The notes under the pieces: generated by a model
What the model was told of the DNA's origin: nothing
The model's input: only the letters and a program-made list of their open reading frames with translations
Databases searched by the model: none
Shown here: positions 47,950 through 59,495 of the stretch, piece after piece
Layout: the number at the start of each line of letters is the position of its first letter
How positions within the stretch are numbered: position 1 is the stretch's first letter
Position numbers and translations under genes: made by a program
Assembly (NCBI GenBank): GCA_034780895.1
Contig: JAUZTB010000135.1
Location: forward strand, 82,589,876-82,653,875
Source: Rhynchobatus australiae
Taxonomy: Eukaryota
Direction of reading: 5' to 3'
DNA: 64,000 nt

Positions 47950-50290
47950 TTTTTAGGATGAGGAGATTGTTGGCAAGAGCAGGATTGATTATCCATCCCT
48001 AGGGGCATTTGAAAGATGCTGATGAGCCACCTTTTTGACCAATTGCAGTCCTTCTGGTGAAGATGTAATGTTCCAAGTTTAGACTTGGTGATGATGAAGG
48101 ACCTGCATTATATTTCCATGTTAGGTTGGTGTGTAATTTGGAAGCATGTTTCCAGCTGTCTGCTGCCTTTGTTGTGTGTGGATTTGAGAGGTGCTGTTAT
48201 CGATTTATACAGCACAGAAACCGGCCCACCGGCCCAACTCGTCCATGCCAATCGGGTTGTCTACCTGAGCTAGTCCCGGTTGCCTGTGTTTGGCCCCTAT
48301 CCCTCTGAACCTTTCCTGTCCACGTACCTGTCTAAATGTCTTTTGAACATTATAATTACCTGCCTCTACCACTTTCTCTTGCACCTCATTCCATGTACCC
48401 ACCACCCTCTGTGTGGGGGAAAAAGTTACCCCTCAGATCCCTTTTTTTAAATCCTTCCCCTCTTATTTTAAACCGGTGCCCTCGAGCTTTAGACTCTCCT
48501 ACCCTGTTTTAAAAAAAAGACTGTATCTACCTTATCTATACCCCTCGTGATTGTATGTATCTCCTGTAAGATCACCCCTCAGCCTCCTATGGTCCAGGGT
48601 TTCAAAAGCCCCAGCCTATCCACCCTCTTCTTATACCTCGAGTCCTTTAGTCCTGGTAACATCCTCATGAACCTCTTCTGCACCTTTTCCAGTTTAATGA
48701 CATCCTTCTTGTAGCTGAGCAACGAGAACTGCACTCAATATCAGAGGAGCCAAGATAAGCAATTGCAGTGAATTTTGTAAATGGCTCACACTGCAGCCAC
48801 GTTACCCCAGTGTGAAGGGAATGAATGTTTGAAGTGGTGAGTGAAGTGCAGATCAATTGGTCTGCCTTTTCTTGGGCTGTAATGAACTTCTTGAATGCTA
48901 TTGGAGTTTCTCTTTATTTGCCTAGATGAATGACTTTCATCACTTTCCTGATGTGCTTTCTAGATGGTGGAAAGGCTTCAGGGTGTCAGGATATCCAGAT
49001 TTTGAAATCGGTGTTTATGTGGCATCTCCAGTTGAGTCTCTGGTTAATGTTGACTCCCTAGGGTTTTGATGATGAGGAACATAATGATTAAATGTCAAGA
49101 ATAGTTGCTTAAATTCTCCTGTTGAAGATGGTCATTGCCTCACACTTCTGTGGTGTGAATGTTGTTTTCTGATTATCAGTCTATGCCTGACTGTACAGGG
49201 GTTGGCCTCCAGAAACCACTTGTATCTCCCTATGTACTGCTAATGGTCCACGCACCTCGTGGATGCCCATCTCAAGTCCCTTGACATACTCTATTCCATT
49301 TTACAGGAGTAGTTGTTACTAAGCCCAGGCTCTGTCATGTGCTGTCCATTGGTCACTTCTGATACAGTCATGTACAGGCATATCTACAACTGGTAGCTTG
49401 GTGAGAATGGTGTCAAGTACATTTATCCCTCACAATGTTTCACTAACCACATGTCGCAGGCCCATTCTGACTGTTATATCCCTCCAGGCTTGGCCAGTGT
49501 AGTCAGTGCTGATGCTATTGCGCCACTCTTGGTAATGAGTACTGTCTATGTTCTTACCGCTTTCAGTGCTTCTTCCAAGTATTGTTCAACATGGGTGCAC
49601 TAATTCATGAGCTGAGGGAAGTGGTAACAAGAAGAGGTTTCTTTGTCCATGTTTGACTTGCTGCTGTGAAATTTCATGAAGCCTAGAGTCAATATTGTGG
49701 ATTTCCAGAGCTTCTCCCTCCTGCCTTTGATGCACTGTACCTCTACTTCTGATGGATTTGTCCTGCCAGCGGTAGAAGACATATCCAGGAATTGTAACAG
49801 AGGACTCTGGGATGTTTGTGACAGTACATCCATATCAGGTTGTTGACCAGTGGGTGACACAGCTCTCCCAAATTAGACTCCAGTCCTCAGATGAGGATTT
49901 TGCAAGTTTGACTGGACTGGGAGTGACTTAGCAGTGTTCAAATTTAGTGCTTAGTCAATGGTGGATGGTCTGTCTGTTTATTTTACATGTGCTCTTTTTA
50001 TTGCAGCAGCTTGATGGGATTGAATGGCTTGCTGGGCCATTTCAGAGGGTAATTAAGACTCAACCACATTCCTGTGGTCTTGTGTCACAAATGGGACTGA
50101 CTGCTTAGGGCCACAGATTTCCTAGTTTAAAAGGACATGAGGTAACCAAAAGGGTGTTTACAACAATCTGGTAGTTCTGTGGTCACCATAACTGAAACTG
50201 GCAGTTTAAAAAAAATCCTAGATTATTTAATTGACAGAATTCAAACTCCACTGCTGCCAAAGTGAGATTTCAGCCCGTGTCACTCAACTG
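47950..50290 (-). mobile_element. Internally deleted old LINE with 3' UTR (~47950), endonuclease (49300-49900) and tRNA/SINE-like 5' head (50020-50290), interrupted by a CR1
   Basis: 3' UTR shared with ~60160 and ~61830; QQPDM.VL endonuclease remnant in ORF 49600-49860; 5' segment homologous to the SINE at 41780-42170. Confidence 0.6.
48185..48740 (-). mobile_element. CR1/HER1-like LINE 3' fragment
   Basis: Typical CR1 3' end (acagcacagaaaccggcccaccggcccaac) and ORF2 C-terminal remnants (accctcagcctcct, aacatcctcatgaacctcttctgcaccttttccag, gaactgcactcaatatc). Confidence 0.8.
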
Positions 50291-50721
50291 GTTTCAGCCC
50301 ACTGAGTGAAGTACCAGAGAACGTAGTTCAGTCTGACACTCAAAGAAACATAGAAGATAAAACCAGCTCATTTTTTAAATAGCTTTAATTTGCATAGTGG
50401 TAGTAAGGAACATGTGTTCTTTAAGCTTTTGTACTCCTGGCTCATTAGTGGTGTACAACGTTGGGTGTACTAGGATGTTTTTAAAGCAGTTGTTATGTAT
50501 TTGTAATGAAGCCAGAGTGTTTTAATTAAAAAAAAAGTGATGAGGTTTTAAACCTGCATTTTATAAAGCCTCACAAGTTAGGGTAATGAAAAGATAGCTT
50601 GTACAATAATGACCAGCGAAAATGAAATCAGGGCTTACAGCAGTGAGATGAGGGATTGCTGTCACAAGAAATCTGAGAAAGGCAGGTTTGGGGAGGAGAA
50701 AGAGTCACAGGGAGATGGAGG

Positions 50722-51052
50722 GATTACAGCACAGAAACAGGCCCTTCGGCCCACCAAGTCCAAGCCGATCATCAAGCAGCCGTTTTTACATTTTATTCTC
50801 CCCATGTTCCCATCAGGTAACCCCCTCCTCACAGATTCCAGCATGCACCTGCGCGGTAGGGTCCATTTACACTGGCTGATTAACACACCAGCCTGCGCAC
50901 TTTTGGAACATGGGGAGGAAGCCGGAGCACTTGGAGGGATCCCATGCAGTCACATGAAAAACATGCAAACTCCACACGGAGAGCACGGACAGTCAGGATC
51001 AAAGCCGGGTAGCTGGAGCTGTGAGGCTGCAACTCATCTGGCTGTGCCTCCG
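50722..51052 (-). mobile_element. HE1-like tRNA-derived V-SINE
   Basis: Reverse complement of ...cctcacagctccag...tgtggagtttgcatgt...gtgctccggcttcctcccc..., with a CR1-like tail gggccgaagggcctgtttctgtgctgtaa. Confidence 0.85.
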
Positions 51053-51461
51053 AGGTATGGTGGAGTATGTATTGAGAGGGGGCAATAACTAGGAGTACAG
51101 GGCTCTTGGGGTGCATTACTGATCTTCTTGATTCTATGGAAAACTTACAGACGTGTTGTTTGCTTTGAAGCAGGCCAGAGACAGTGAAGCAGAATGACGT
51201 TAGGAGAAATTTCCATCTTCTCTGAAAACGCATCACTCAATTAAATTAACCGAGAAGTCAAATCTCACCTGTCAGTGCATGATGACATGTCTGAGGGAGT
51301 GGAGTTACTCAGCTTCATGTTCAAACAGGTCAATTTCATCTGATTTTGATAATATAATATGTTTGATATATCAGGTGCTGAAAGCTTTTTAACAGGGGAT
51401 ATAATTAATCCAGTTGTAAGACTCCCAGGGCTAGAAATTCTGTTCCTTATAAAAAGGGAGT

Positions 51462-51627
51462 GAGTGGGACAGTTAGCACAGTTAGTAGAGCTGCTGCTGC
51501 CTTGCAGCTCCAGTGATCCACATTCAACACGAACTGCATGGTGCTGTCTGCATGGAGTTGGCACATCTCCCTGTGATTTCCTCTGGGTGTTCTGGTTTCC
51601 TCCCACATCCCAGAGCCATGGGTTGGT
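51462..51627 (+). mobile_element. HE1-like V-SINE (5' part, truncated by a Rex1-like LINE)
   Basis: agctgctgctgccttgcagctccag...tgtctgcatggagttggcacatctccctgtgatttcctctgggtgttctggtttcctcccacatccca. Confidence 0.8.
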
Positions 51628-52484
51628 ATCAGAATCAGATTTATTATATGGCATGAAATTTGTTGTCTTGCAGCAGCAGTACAATGCAAAGACATGAAAT
51701 TATAATTTACAAAAATAAATAGTGCAACAATAAAAGGAATAACAAGGTAGTGTTCATGGGTTCGTGGACCAATCAGAAATCTGATGACAGAGGGGAAGAA
51801 GCTGTTTCTGAATCATTGAGTGTGGGTCTTCAATATCCTGAACCTCCTCTTGATGGTACTAATGAGAGGAGGGCCTGTCTTGGATGGTCAGGTCCTTAGT
51901 GACGGATGCCGCCTTCTTGAGGCACCACCTCATGAAGATGTCCTTGACAGTGAGGAGAGTTGTGCCTGTGATGGAGCTGGCTGAGTGTACAGCCCTCTGC
52001 AGCCTCTTGTGATCTTGTGCATTGGAGCCTCCAATACGAGGCTGTGATGGAACCAGTCAAAATGCTCTCCATTGTACATCTGTAGAATTTGTAAGAGTCT
52101 TTGGTGAGGTACCGAATCTCTTCAAACTCCTAATGAAGTAGAGCTGCTGCTGTGCCTTCTTCATGATTGCATCAATGTGTTGGGCCCAGGATAGATCCTC
52201 TGAGATGTTGACATCCAGTAACTTGAAGCTGCTCACCCTTTCCACCACTGACCCCTCAATGAGAATTGGTGTGTGTTGTCCCGACTTCCCCTTCCTGAAG
52301 TCCACGATCAATTACTTGGTCTTGCTGACACTGAGTGCAAGGTTGTTTTTGAGACACCACTCAACCAGCCGATCTGTCTCACTCCTGCATGCCTCCTTGT
52401 TGCATCTCAGGTTCTACCAACTGCAGTGGTGTCATCGGTGAATTTATATATGGCATTTGAGCTGCACTCAGCCATACATTCGTG
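51628..52484 (-). mobile_element. Rex1/Babar-like LINE, 3' part (RT C-terminus and 3' UTR)
   Basis: ORF 52057-52311 IVDFRKG...HTPILIEGSVVERVSSFKLLDVNISEDLSWAQHIDAIMKKAQQQLYFIRSLKRFG; tail (ATTCTG)-like with AATAAA on the minus strand; runs into a gap. Confidence 0.85.
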
Positions 52485-52924
52485 NNNNNNNNNNNNNNNN
52501 NNNNNNNNNNNNNNNNNNNNNNNNNNNNNNNNNNNNNNNNNNNNNNNNNNNNNNNNNNNNNNNNNNNNNNNNNNNNNNNNNNNNNNNNNNNNNNNNNNNN
52601 NNNNNNNNNNNNNNNNNNNNNNNNNNNNNNNNNNNNNNNNNNNNNNNNNNNNNNNNNNNNNNNNNNNNNNNNNNNNNNNNNNNNNNNNNNNNNNNNNNNN
52701 NNNNNNNNNNNNNNNNNNNNNNNNNNNNNNNNNNNNNNNNNNNNNNNNNNNNNNNNNNNNNNNNNNNNNNNNNNNNNNNNNNNNNNNNNNNNNNNNNNNN
52801 NNNNNNNNNNNNNNNNNNNNNNNNNNNNNNNNNNNNNNNNNNNNNNNNNNNNNNNNNNNNNNNNNNNNNNNNNNNNNNNNNNNNNNNNNNNNNNNNNNNN
52901 NNNNNNNNNNNNNNGTATCATGTT

Positions 52925-53170
52925 GTAATGTAGTCTGATCATGGCTGATGTTTTACCTCTGCACCATCTGCCTGCACTAACCCCATGTCCCTTAACAACT
53001 TAAAAAAAATTCGATCTGTGATTTGAATATATCCAGTGACTAAACCCCCATAACACTTCTGTGTGCAAATTCCAAAGATTCAATAGCCTCTGGGTGAAGA
53101 ACCTCCTTCTCATCTCAGTCGTGTCTCCTTTCTTTGAGACCGTGACTCCTGATTCCTAGAGACCCAGTCC
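52925..53170 (-). mobile_element. CR1 LINE 3' fragment
   Basis: gatcatggctgat...aattccaaagattcaatagcctctgggtgaagaacctccttctcatctcagtc. Confidence 0.7.
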
Positions 53171-53464
53171 AGGATGGAACTGAGGTCAAAAACTTGTGGT
53201 AGAACGTTGCACAGTGATGCTTTGTATGTGGTCATGTCATGTGCACGAAGGCCATTGACTGTGCAACAGTGAGGTCAATGGCATGCGATGCATAATTTTA
53301 CAGCTATTGTAATATTGTATTGGCCATGGCATAGCCTTAACCAAAAGTGCTGGCATTCAATGGATGTGAAGATCTGCTCCAGCATTATTTAAAAGGCCCT
53401 GGACCATTATTCAGGTCTCCAGGAGTGACTTAATGATTTGACTTGCTGTTGGAGGAATTGAATT

Positions 53465-53720
53465 TACAAGAACACAAGAAGATAGGAGCAGGGGTAGGCC
53501 ATCTGCTCCCCTCAAGCCTGCCCCACTATTCAATATGTTCATTGCTGATCTACCCAAGGCAGATCCCCACAGCCCTCAATTCCCCGATCTCTTAAAAATG
53601 TGTTGACCCCACTTTAAATATTGCTGATGAGCGATCCTAAACAACTCTCAGGAGTAGAGAATTCTGGAGATTCACTACTCACTGAGAAGTAATCTCTATG
53701 TACCTTGGTTTCAAATGGCT
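53465..53720 (-). mobile_element. CR1 LINE 3' fragment
   Basis: acaagaacacaagaagataggagcaggggtaggccat...gtagagaattctggagattcactactcactgagaag. Confidence 0.7.
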
Positions 53721-54544
53721 GGATAAGTCTGAGGTTGTCCTTCAGCAGAGTAGATCCTATGTTCTCTGTTGCTGGGGACCCCCACCCACCATTGCCCCTA
53801 TCATTGGGTGACATTTCCAGCAACATGATGACCAGGCAAGTTGTGCACTTTGTGAATGCTGTTTTAGGAGGGAGATTGTACTGCAAAGCTTATGCTTCTG
53901 TTGTGACTTTGTCTCATGTTTATTTTAAACACAACTGCTAGAGGTAGGCCTGGGAGTCATGATTCTCACAGGCACAATACATTACTCCCTTGAAGCCTGC
54001 ATAAAACTAATGCAGATCCCTGCCGCAGCACTAGTGTCACACTCACTCTTGCATGCAGGAATTTCAATGGGCCATACATTCAAATTATTATTCAGGTTTT
54101 GCCGATAAATCTCCCCAATTATTTTAATCTTGCTGCAGATATTTTACTGTACATTATACAATGTATTTCTGGAGCTCAAATGATTTTAATATTATTCCTT
54201 ACTACATGCTGCTACTGATTCTGAAAGCCAGAATATTTTAAGATAAAAGCTGAATGAAAGGAATATGTTGGNNNNNNNNNNAATGGGGTACTTGTTGGGG
54301 GAATGATGGAATTACTGACACAGATGTAACCATTCTACAGTGCTCCAGAGAGGATAAAGTAACAGTACCTATTCTTAATCCACTGAAAAATGGCTGCCTA
54401 ATGTCATGATAACTTTAACTGAAAAGAAATGTAGCACATGTAAAGCAGTTGGCTACTTTATCATCTCAGTTCCCACTCAAGCTGGCTAAAAATTAACCTC
54501 AATGGAAAATGGGATCTGGAGTAATATACCTAATCATTCCGTTC

Positions 54545-55570
54545 CTGGATGATACATGATTAGGTGGGAAAATGAGTTGTGAGGAGAATGCAATACAAAT
54601 GATGTTGCAAAAGGATGTAGATGGACTGTGAGAGGGAAAGAATATGACTAGTGGAATAGAAGGTGGGAAATATGAAATTATCAGCTTTGGTGGGAAGAAA
54701 AGAATAACAGGCACAGTTTGATCTCAGAAGCAGTCATANNNNNNNNNNNNNNNNNNNNNNNNNNNNNNNNNNNNNNNNNNNNNNNNNCAATTGGGAAGGT
54801 AAAAATGGAGTGTTAACCATTATTGGAAGGGGGCTTGGATATAAGTGTAAAGATTTTTTGCTGTAATTAACTAATACTTTGAAATTGTACCTGGATTCTT
54901 GCGTGCAGTTTTGATCACCAAATTAAAAGCCAAATATACTTGAATTGGAGCAAATGCACCAAATGTTCACAAGCAGTACACACAAGATGCTGAGGAACTC
55001 GGGTCAGGCAGCCTCGATGGAGGGAAATGAACAGTCGACATTTCGGGTGGAGACCCTTCACCAAATTAATTTCCCTCCATAGATGCTGCCTGACAAGCTC
55101 CTCCAGAATTTTGTGTACATTGTTCTAGATTCCAGCATCTGCAGAATCTCTTTTGTCTCTGTTTAAATGTTCACAAGACTTTTTTTTCCAGGGATGAGAG
55201 AAATTGACTGGATTGGGTTTCTAATCTCTGGAGTTTAGAGCATTGATGGACAATCTCATATTTACAGTTAAGACATAATAGATGGTGGGAAGAGTTTCCC
55301 AGGGTTGGGGAATCTAGAACTCTGAGTCACATTCTCAGGATAGACTAAACGTATGGGACTCTGATGAGAAACGTCTTTGTTCTGAAAACTGTGAATTCTC
55401 TGCTGCAGGGGCTTTGAAAGTGTGAAGGGGTTTGGTGTATTCTGGGGTGCTGTAGCAATAAAAGGATGTTGGCATTGGGCAGGAAATTGGACATTAATGC
55501 TCGCAATGTGGTGTCCTCTACAATGGAAGAAGCAAAAGCAGATTTGGTAATAACTGTGCAGAACATATAT
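54545..55570 (+). mobile_element. Decayed CR1 LINE (RT ADD region to 3' end), interrupted at 54974-55164
   Basis: gatgatacatgattaggtgggaaaatgagttgtgaggag (DDTKLGG.VSCEE-like), tctctggagtttagagc, gtgaattctctgctgcaggg. Confidence 0.7.
54974..55164. mobile_element. 191-bp palindromic Penelope-derived element with a 13-bp TSD
   Basis: Inverted arms (acacaagatgctgaggaactc..gtcaggcagcctcgatggagggaaat / atttccctccatagatgctgcctgac..ctcctccagaattttgtgt), flanked by aaatgttcacaag at 54961-54973 and 55165-55177. Confidence 0.85.
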
Positions 55571-55574
55571 GTTC

Positions 55575-56060
55575 ATTCCGCAAGAACAGTGTTCACTTCC
55601 AGTCACCTGTTAGTTTAATTCTCTGTTCTACGCCTTCTCTGAACTCGCTGCCTTTAGTGTCCTATGTTTCACCATCGACGTCCAACACAAACTCAAGCAA
55701 CAGCACCTGATTTTCCATCTGTTTACATTGCAGCACTTGGGACCTGACATCAAATTTAACACTGAGAGCTAATCATCCCCTTCTATTCTCTCTTTACAGA
55801 TGAGGCTGTACCTTTGTTTCAATTTGTTTTATTTTTTTACTGTGTCCAACTACCAGGTTAAAAAGTAATGGTTACCTTGACAACTTTGATCTGCACCCGA
55901 TCATAGACATTCCTTCTGAGACCTTGCCCCTCTCGGCAACTTTAAACATGCTTGTTTCCCCACTTTTCCATAACTGATCAAATGAAAACATTGACTCTTT
56001 TTCTCTCCCTGCTGATGCTGTTTGACCTGCTGAGTGCTCCTAGCATTTTCTGGTTTGGTT
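55575..56060 (+). mobile_element. Penelope-like element 3' end (GIY-YIG C-terminal remnant and terminal repeat)
   Basis: Degenerate LPV.C.FNS...QHKLKQQHLIFHLFTLQHLGPDIKFN (cttccagtcacctgttagtttaattct; aaactcaagcaacagcacctgattttccatctg), followed by gatgctgtttgacctgctgagtgctcctagcattttctg. Confidence 0.7.
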
Positions 56061-56329
56061 GCTTATTCGTGAATGATGGGATCTCATGGGGAGGGAGGAG
56101 AAGAAGTCCTCTCCACAAACACCGAAGAGAATCTGGCCATGTAACACACTGACTATGCTGGCTATTAAAGCCTCCAATTCTGACATTTCCCAAGCACAAT
56201 CTAGGTCCTCCTGTATATTGCTGTTCACTCTCTGTGTTCCAAGGCATTTATTTCCATACATTTCATTTAGATTGAGTCAGCATTTAACGACTCCATTGAA
56301 TGGAAGTTTGCCTGTCAATGCCATTTAAT

Positions 56330-57742
56330 TAGTTGTATACTGCTGCTACTAGCTGGGTGATTCAGATGCTCGTTTGGTGGAGATTGAGTGGGGTACCAAT
56401 CAATCTGGTTGATTTGCCTTGGATGGTGTTGAGCTTATTGTGAAGTATTGGTGCTGCACTCATCTAGGGAACTGGAAAGTATTCCATCACACGTCTGACT
56501 TGTGCCTTACAGATGATGGAAAGGCCTTGTAGGGTCAAGTCACTCACTGTAAGATACCCAGCCTCTGATCTGCTCTTGCAGCAATTGTATTTACGTGACT
56601 GGTTCAGCTGAGTTCCTGGTCAATGGTGACATGCAGGATATCGAGAGGGTAGCACAGTGGTGGAGCTTTAGTGCTGTTGCCTCACAGCTCCAGGGACCCA
56701 GGTTCAATCCTGACACCGTATACTGCCTCTGCACAGTTTGCGCATTCCCTTGCATCTTCATGGGTTCCTTCTGGGTGCCATGATTTCCTCCCATGTCCAA
56801 AAGATGTNNNNNNNNNNGTAAGAATCCAAGGAGAATTGATGGGCATGTGTGAAATGCAATAAGTTACAGGAGTACAGGGAAATAAGGATAGGTGGAATGG
56901 GATTAAGGGGATTGTTCTCCAGGAGCTGGCCTTGACCTGATGGGCCAAATGGCCACTTTCTGTGGTGTTATAGGTATAAGACCAGGCAGTTCTAATGCCA
57001 ATGAATGTCAGTGGTAGGCAATTAGATTCGCTTGTTGGAGATGTTGACCATCTGACACTTGCATGGTAAGAATATTACTTGCCACTTAACCTTCCATGCC
57101 CGAGTGTTGTTGAGCTTGTGTTGCAAGCAGGCATGGACTGCTTCACTTCTGAGGAGATGGGAATGGAATTGAGCTTTGCGTAGACACCTATGGACATCCC
57201 CACTTCGGATCTAATGATGGGATGGGGGGGGCGGGGGAGGTAATTGATGTTCGGGCCTAGGGCACTGCCCTGAGGAACTTCTTCAGGGGTGTTCTGGCAC
57301 TGGGAAGAATGATGTCCAGCAAGCACAAACATTTGTGCAAAGTACAACCCTGACCAAGGGCAGACATTCTCACCTCGTGTAGGAATTGAGCTCTGTGGCA
57401 CACTTTTGCACCATAACTATGGTGACCAGAGCTGAGTAGTCACGGCAAAGCCTGAATTGGGAATCAGTTAATACTTTTATGGGTGGCTGAGAGCCATTTC
57501 ATAGCACTGTCAATGGCATCTGATGGCTGGTATTAACAGTGCTGATGATTGAGAACAGACTGAATGGTCATGAGCCAGATTAGATTTTTCCCGCAGAACG
57601 TACCTGAGAGATTTTCCGCAGTGTTGTTACTGTATTGGTTGGCTGGAAGGACAGCAAGTTCTAGAGTGCAGGTCTTCAATACTCCACCTGGGATGTTATC
57701 TGGTCCCATGGCCTCTCTTGTATCCAGTGCTCTCAGCCATTT
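56330..57742 (-). mobile_element. Old LINE RT remnant, interrupted by an HE1-like SINE
   Basis: ORF 57075-57401 EEVPQGSALGPNINYLP...IIRSEVGM; ORF 57533-57790 WLRALDTREAMGPDNIPGGVLKTC. Confidence 0.75.
56645..56975 (+). mobile_element. HE1-like tRNA-derived V-SINE
   Basis: agcacagtggtggagc..gctgttgcctcacagctccagggacccaggttcaatcc (A/B boxes); tail tgatgggccaaatggccactttctgtg. Confidence 0.85.
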
Positions 57743-57744
57743 AG

Positions 57745-58417
57745 GAACACAGAAAAGTAGAGCACAGGAATAGGCCCTTTGGCCCACCATGTCTGTGCTA
57801 AACCAATAAACTAATTGGAAAATTAACTAATCACATCTGCCTGCATGTTGTCTAAAGTCCCACCATTCCCTCTCTGTGTATGTCTGTCTAAATGCCTCTT
57901 TAATATTGTCGTATCTGCTTCCACCACCTCCCCTGGCAGTGCATTCCAGGCAGGGGATTCTCTCTGTAAAAAAAAACAAGATCTTGCCTCATAAATCTCC
58001 TTTGAACTTTCGCCCTCTTACCTTAAACCCATGCCCTCTAGTTGTTGACACTTCCACTCTGGGAAAAGGATTCTGACTATCTANNNNNNNNNNNNNNNNN
58101 NNNNNNNNNNNNNNNNNNNNNNNNNNNNNNNNNNNNNNNNNNNNNNNNNNNNNNNNNNNNNNNNNNNNNNNNNNNNNNNNNNNTAAATCTCCTTTGAACT
58201 TTCGCCCTCTTACCTTAAACCCATGCCCTCTAGTTTTTGACACTTCCACTCTGGGAAAAGGATTCTGACTATCTACCCTATCTGTGCCTCTCATAACTTT
58301 ATATACTTCTGTCAGGTCAACCCTCAGCCTCTGAGACTCCAGAGAAAGCAATCCAACTTTGTTAAACCTCTCCTTATGGCTAATACTCTTAATCCAGGCA
58401 ACAACCTGGTGAACCTC
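57745..58417 (-). mobile_element. CR1/HER1-like LINE 3' fragment (spans a gap with duplicated flanks)
   Basis: ORF 57989-58351 LSLESQRLRVDLTEVYKVMRGTDRVDSQNPFPRVEVSKTRGHGFKVRGRKFKGDL, the classic CR1 ORF2 C-terminus. Confidence 0.9.
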
Positions 58418-59495
58418 CTGGATGTGATGATGTGACTGGTAGTCTGCATGTTAGGTTGTCAGATCAGAATCTGGTAGTCTGGATATGATGAGGGGATGGA
58501 TTGATAACAGATGGGTTGGATTTTGGGAGGGGATAGGTCAGGGACTGTTGATCTGGATGTAAGGAGGACATGGATTGGGTCTAGTCACCTGGATATTATA
58601 AGGTAGATAGAGAACTCATAGCCTAGATGTTAAGAGGAGATGGATTGGAGAGCAATAATGTGCATGTTAGGAGTGATAGATTGGGGAAAGATGGTCTGAA
58701 TATTAGGAAGGATTGGATTGGGGACTGTTGGTCTGTTTGTTAGAAAAGAATGGTCTGTATGTCAAGCACTCTTGACGTTAAGAGAGGATAGTTTTGGGAT
58801 CTGGTAGTTTGAACATTGGGTAGGATAGATCAGGGAATGGTAAAGTGTACATTGGGAGAGGTGCACCAAGCTGGGTAGTCTGGATGTTAACTGTGGATGG
58901 AATAGGGGATGTGGATTTTATCTATGGATGGAGTGGGAATGGGGAGTCTGGATGTTAGGTGTGGATTAATCTGGAGTGGGGGATCTGGATGTTAGAGAGG
59001 ATAGTCCAGATATTTTGTGGGGATGGATAATGATCTGGTACTCTGGATTTTATAGGGATTGATCAGGGACTGGTTATTTGGATATTTGGAAGGGAATGGA
59101 TTGGGTCTGGTAGATTGGCTGTTAGAAAGGTATGGATTGTACTTGGATCAGGTGCCAACAGTCTTCATGTCTGGAGACATGGTTTGGTGAAGAATAGTCC
59201 GCATATTAGGAACTTGGATCAAGAACTGGCTGACTGGATGTTCCAAGGGTATGGTTCTCAGACTGGCAGCCTGGATATTGGAAGGGTTGAATTGAGGAGT
59301 TAGAAGGGAAGGATTGGTGAACTACTGTTTTGTTGTTGGAGAGTGGGAGCGGATGTAAAAGAGATCAGCAGTTTTAGTATTTGGAGGAGTGGATTGGGAC
59401 CAGTAATACAAGTGAAAGGGGCAAACTGGTAACTGGCAGATTCTTTTTTAGCATCTACAGGGACCCGTGCAACAGATTGGNNNNNNNNNNCTTGG
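58418..59495. repeat. Degenerate G/T-rich minisatellite, ~36-bp period, roughly 30 units
   Basis: The TCTGGATGTT-like anchor recurs at 58443, 58478, 58515, 58552, 58588, 58622, 58659, 58695, 58732 and onward. Confidence 0.85.

Noticed and set aside
57991-58275. ~90-bp exact duplication within CR1 on both sides of a gap
   Set aside because: Identical contig ends around 100 Ns; most likely an assembly or haplotype overlap.
58418-59495. CRISPR-like array
   Set aside because: Vertebrate intron; contiguous degenerate units with no unique spacers and no cas genes.
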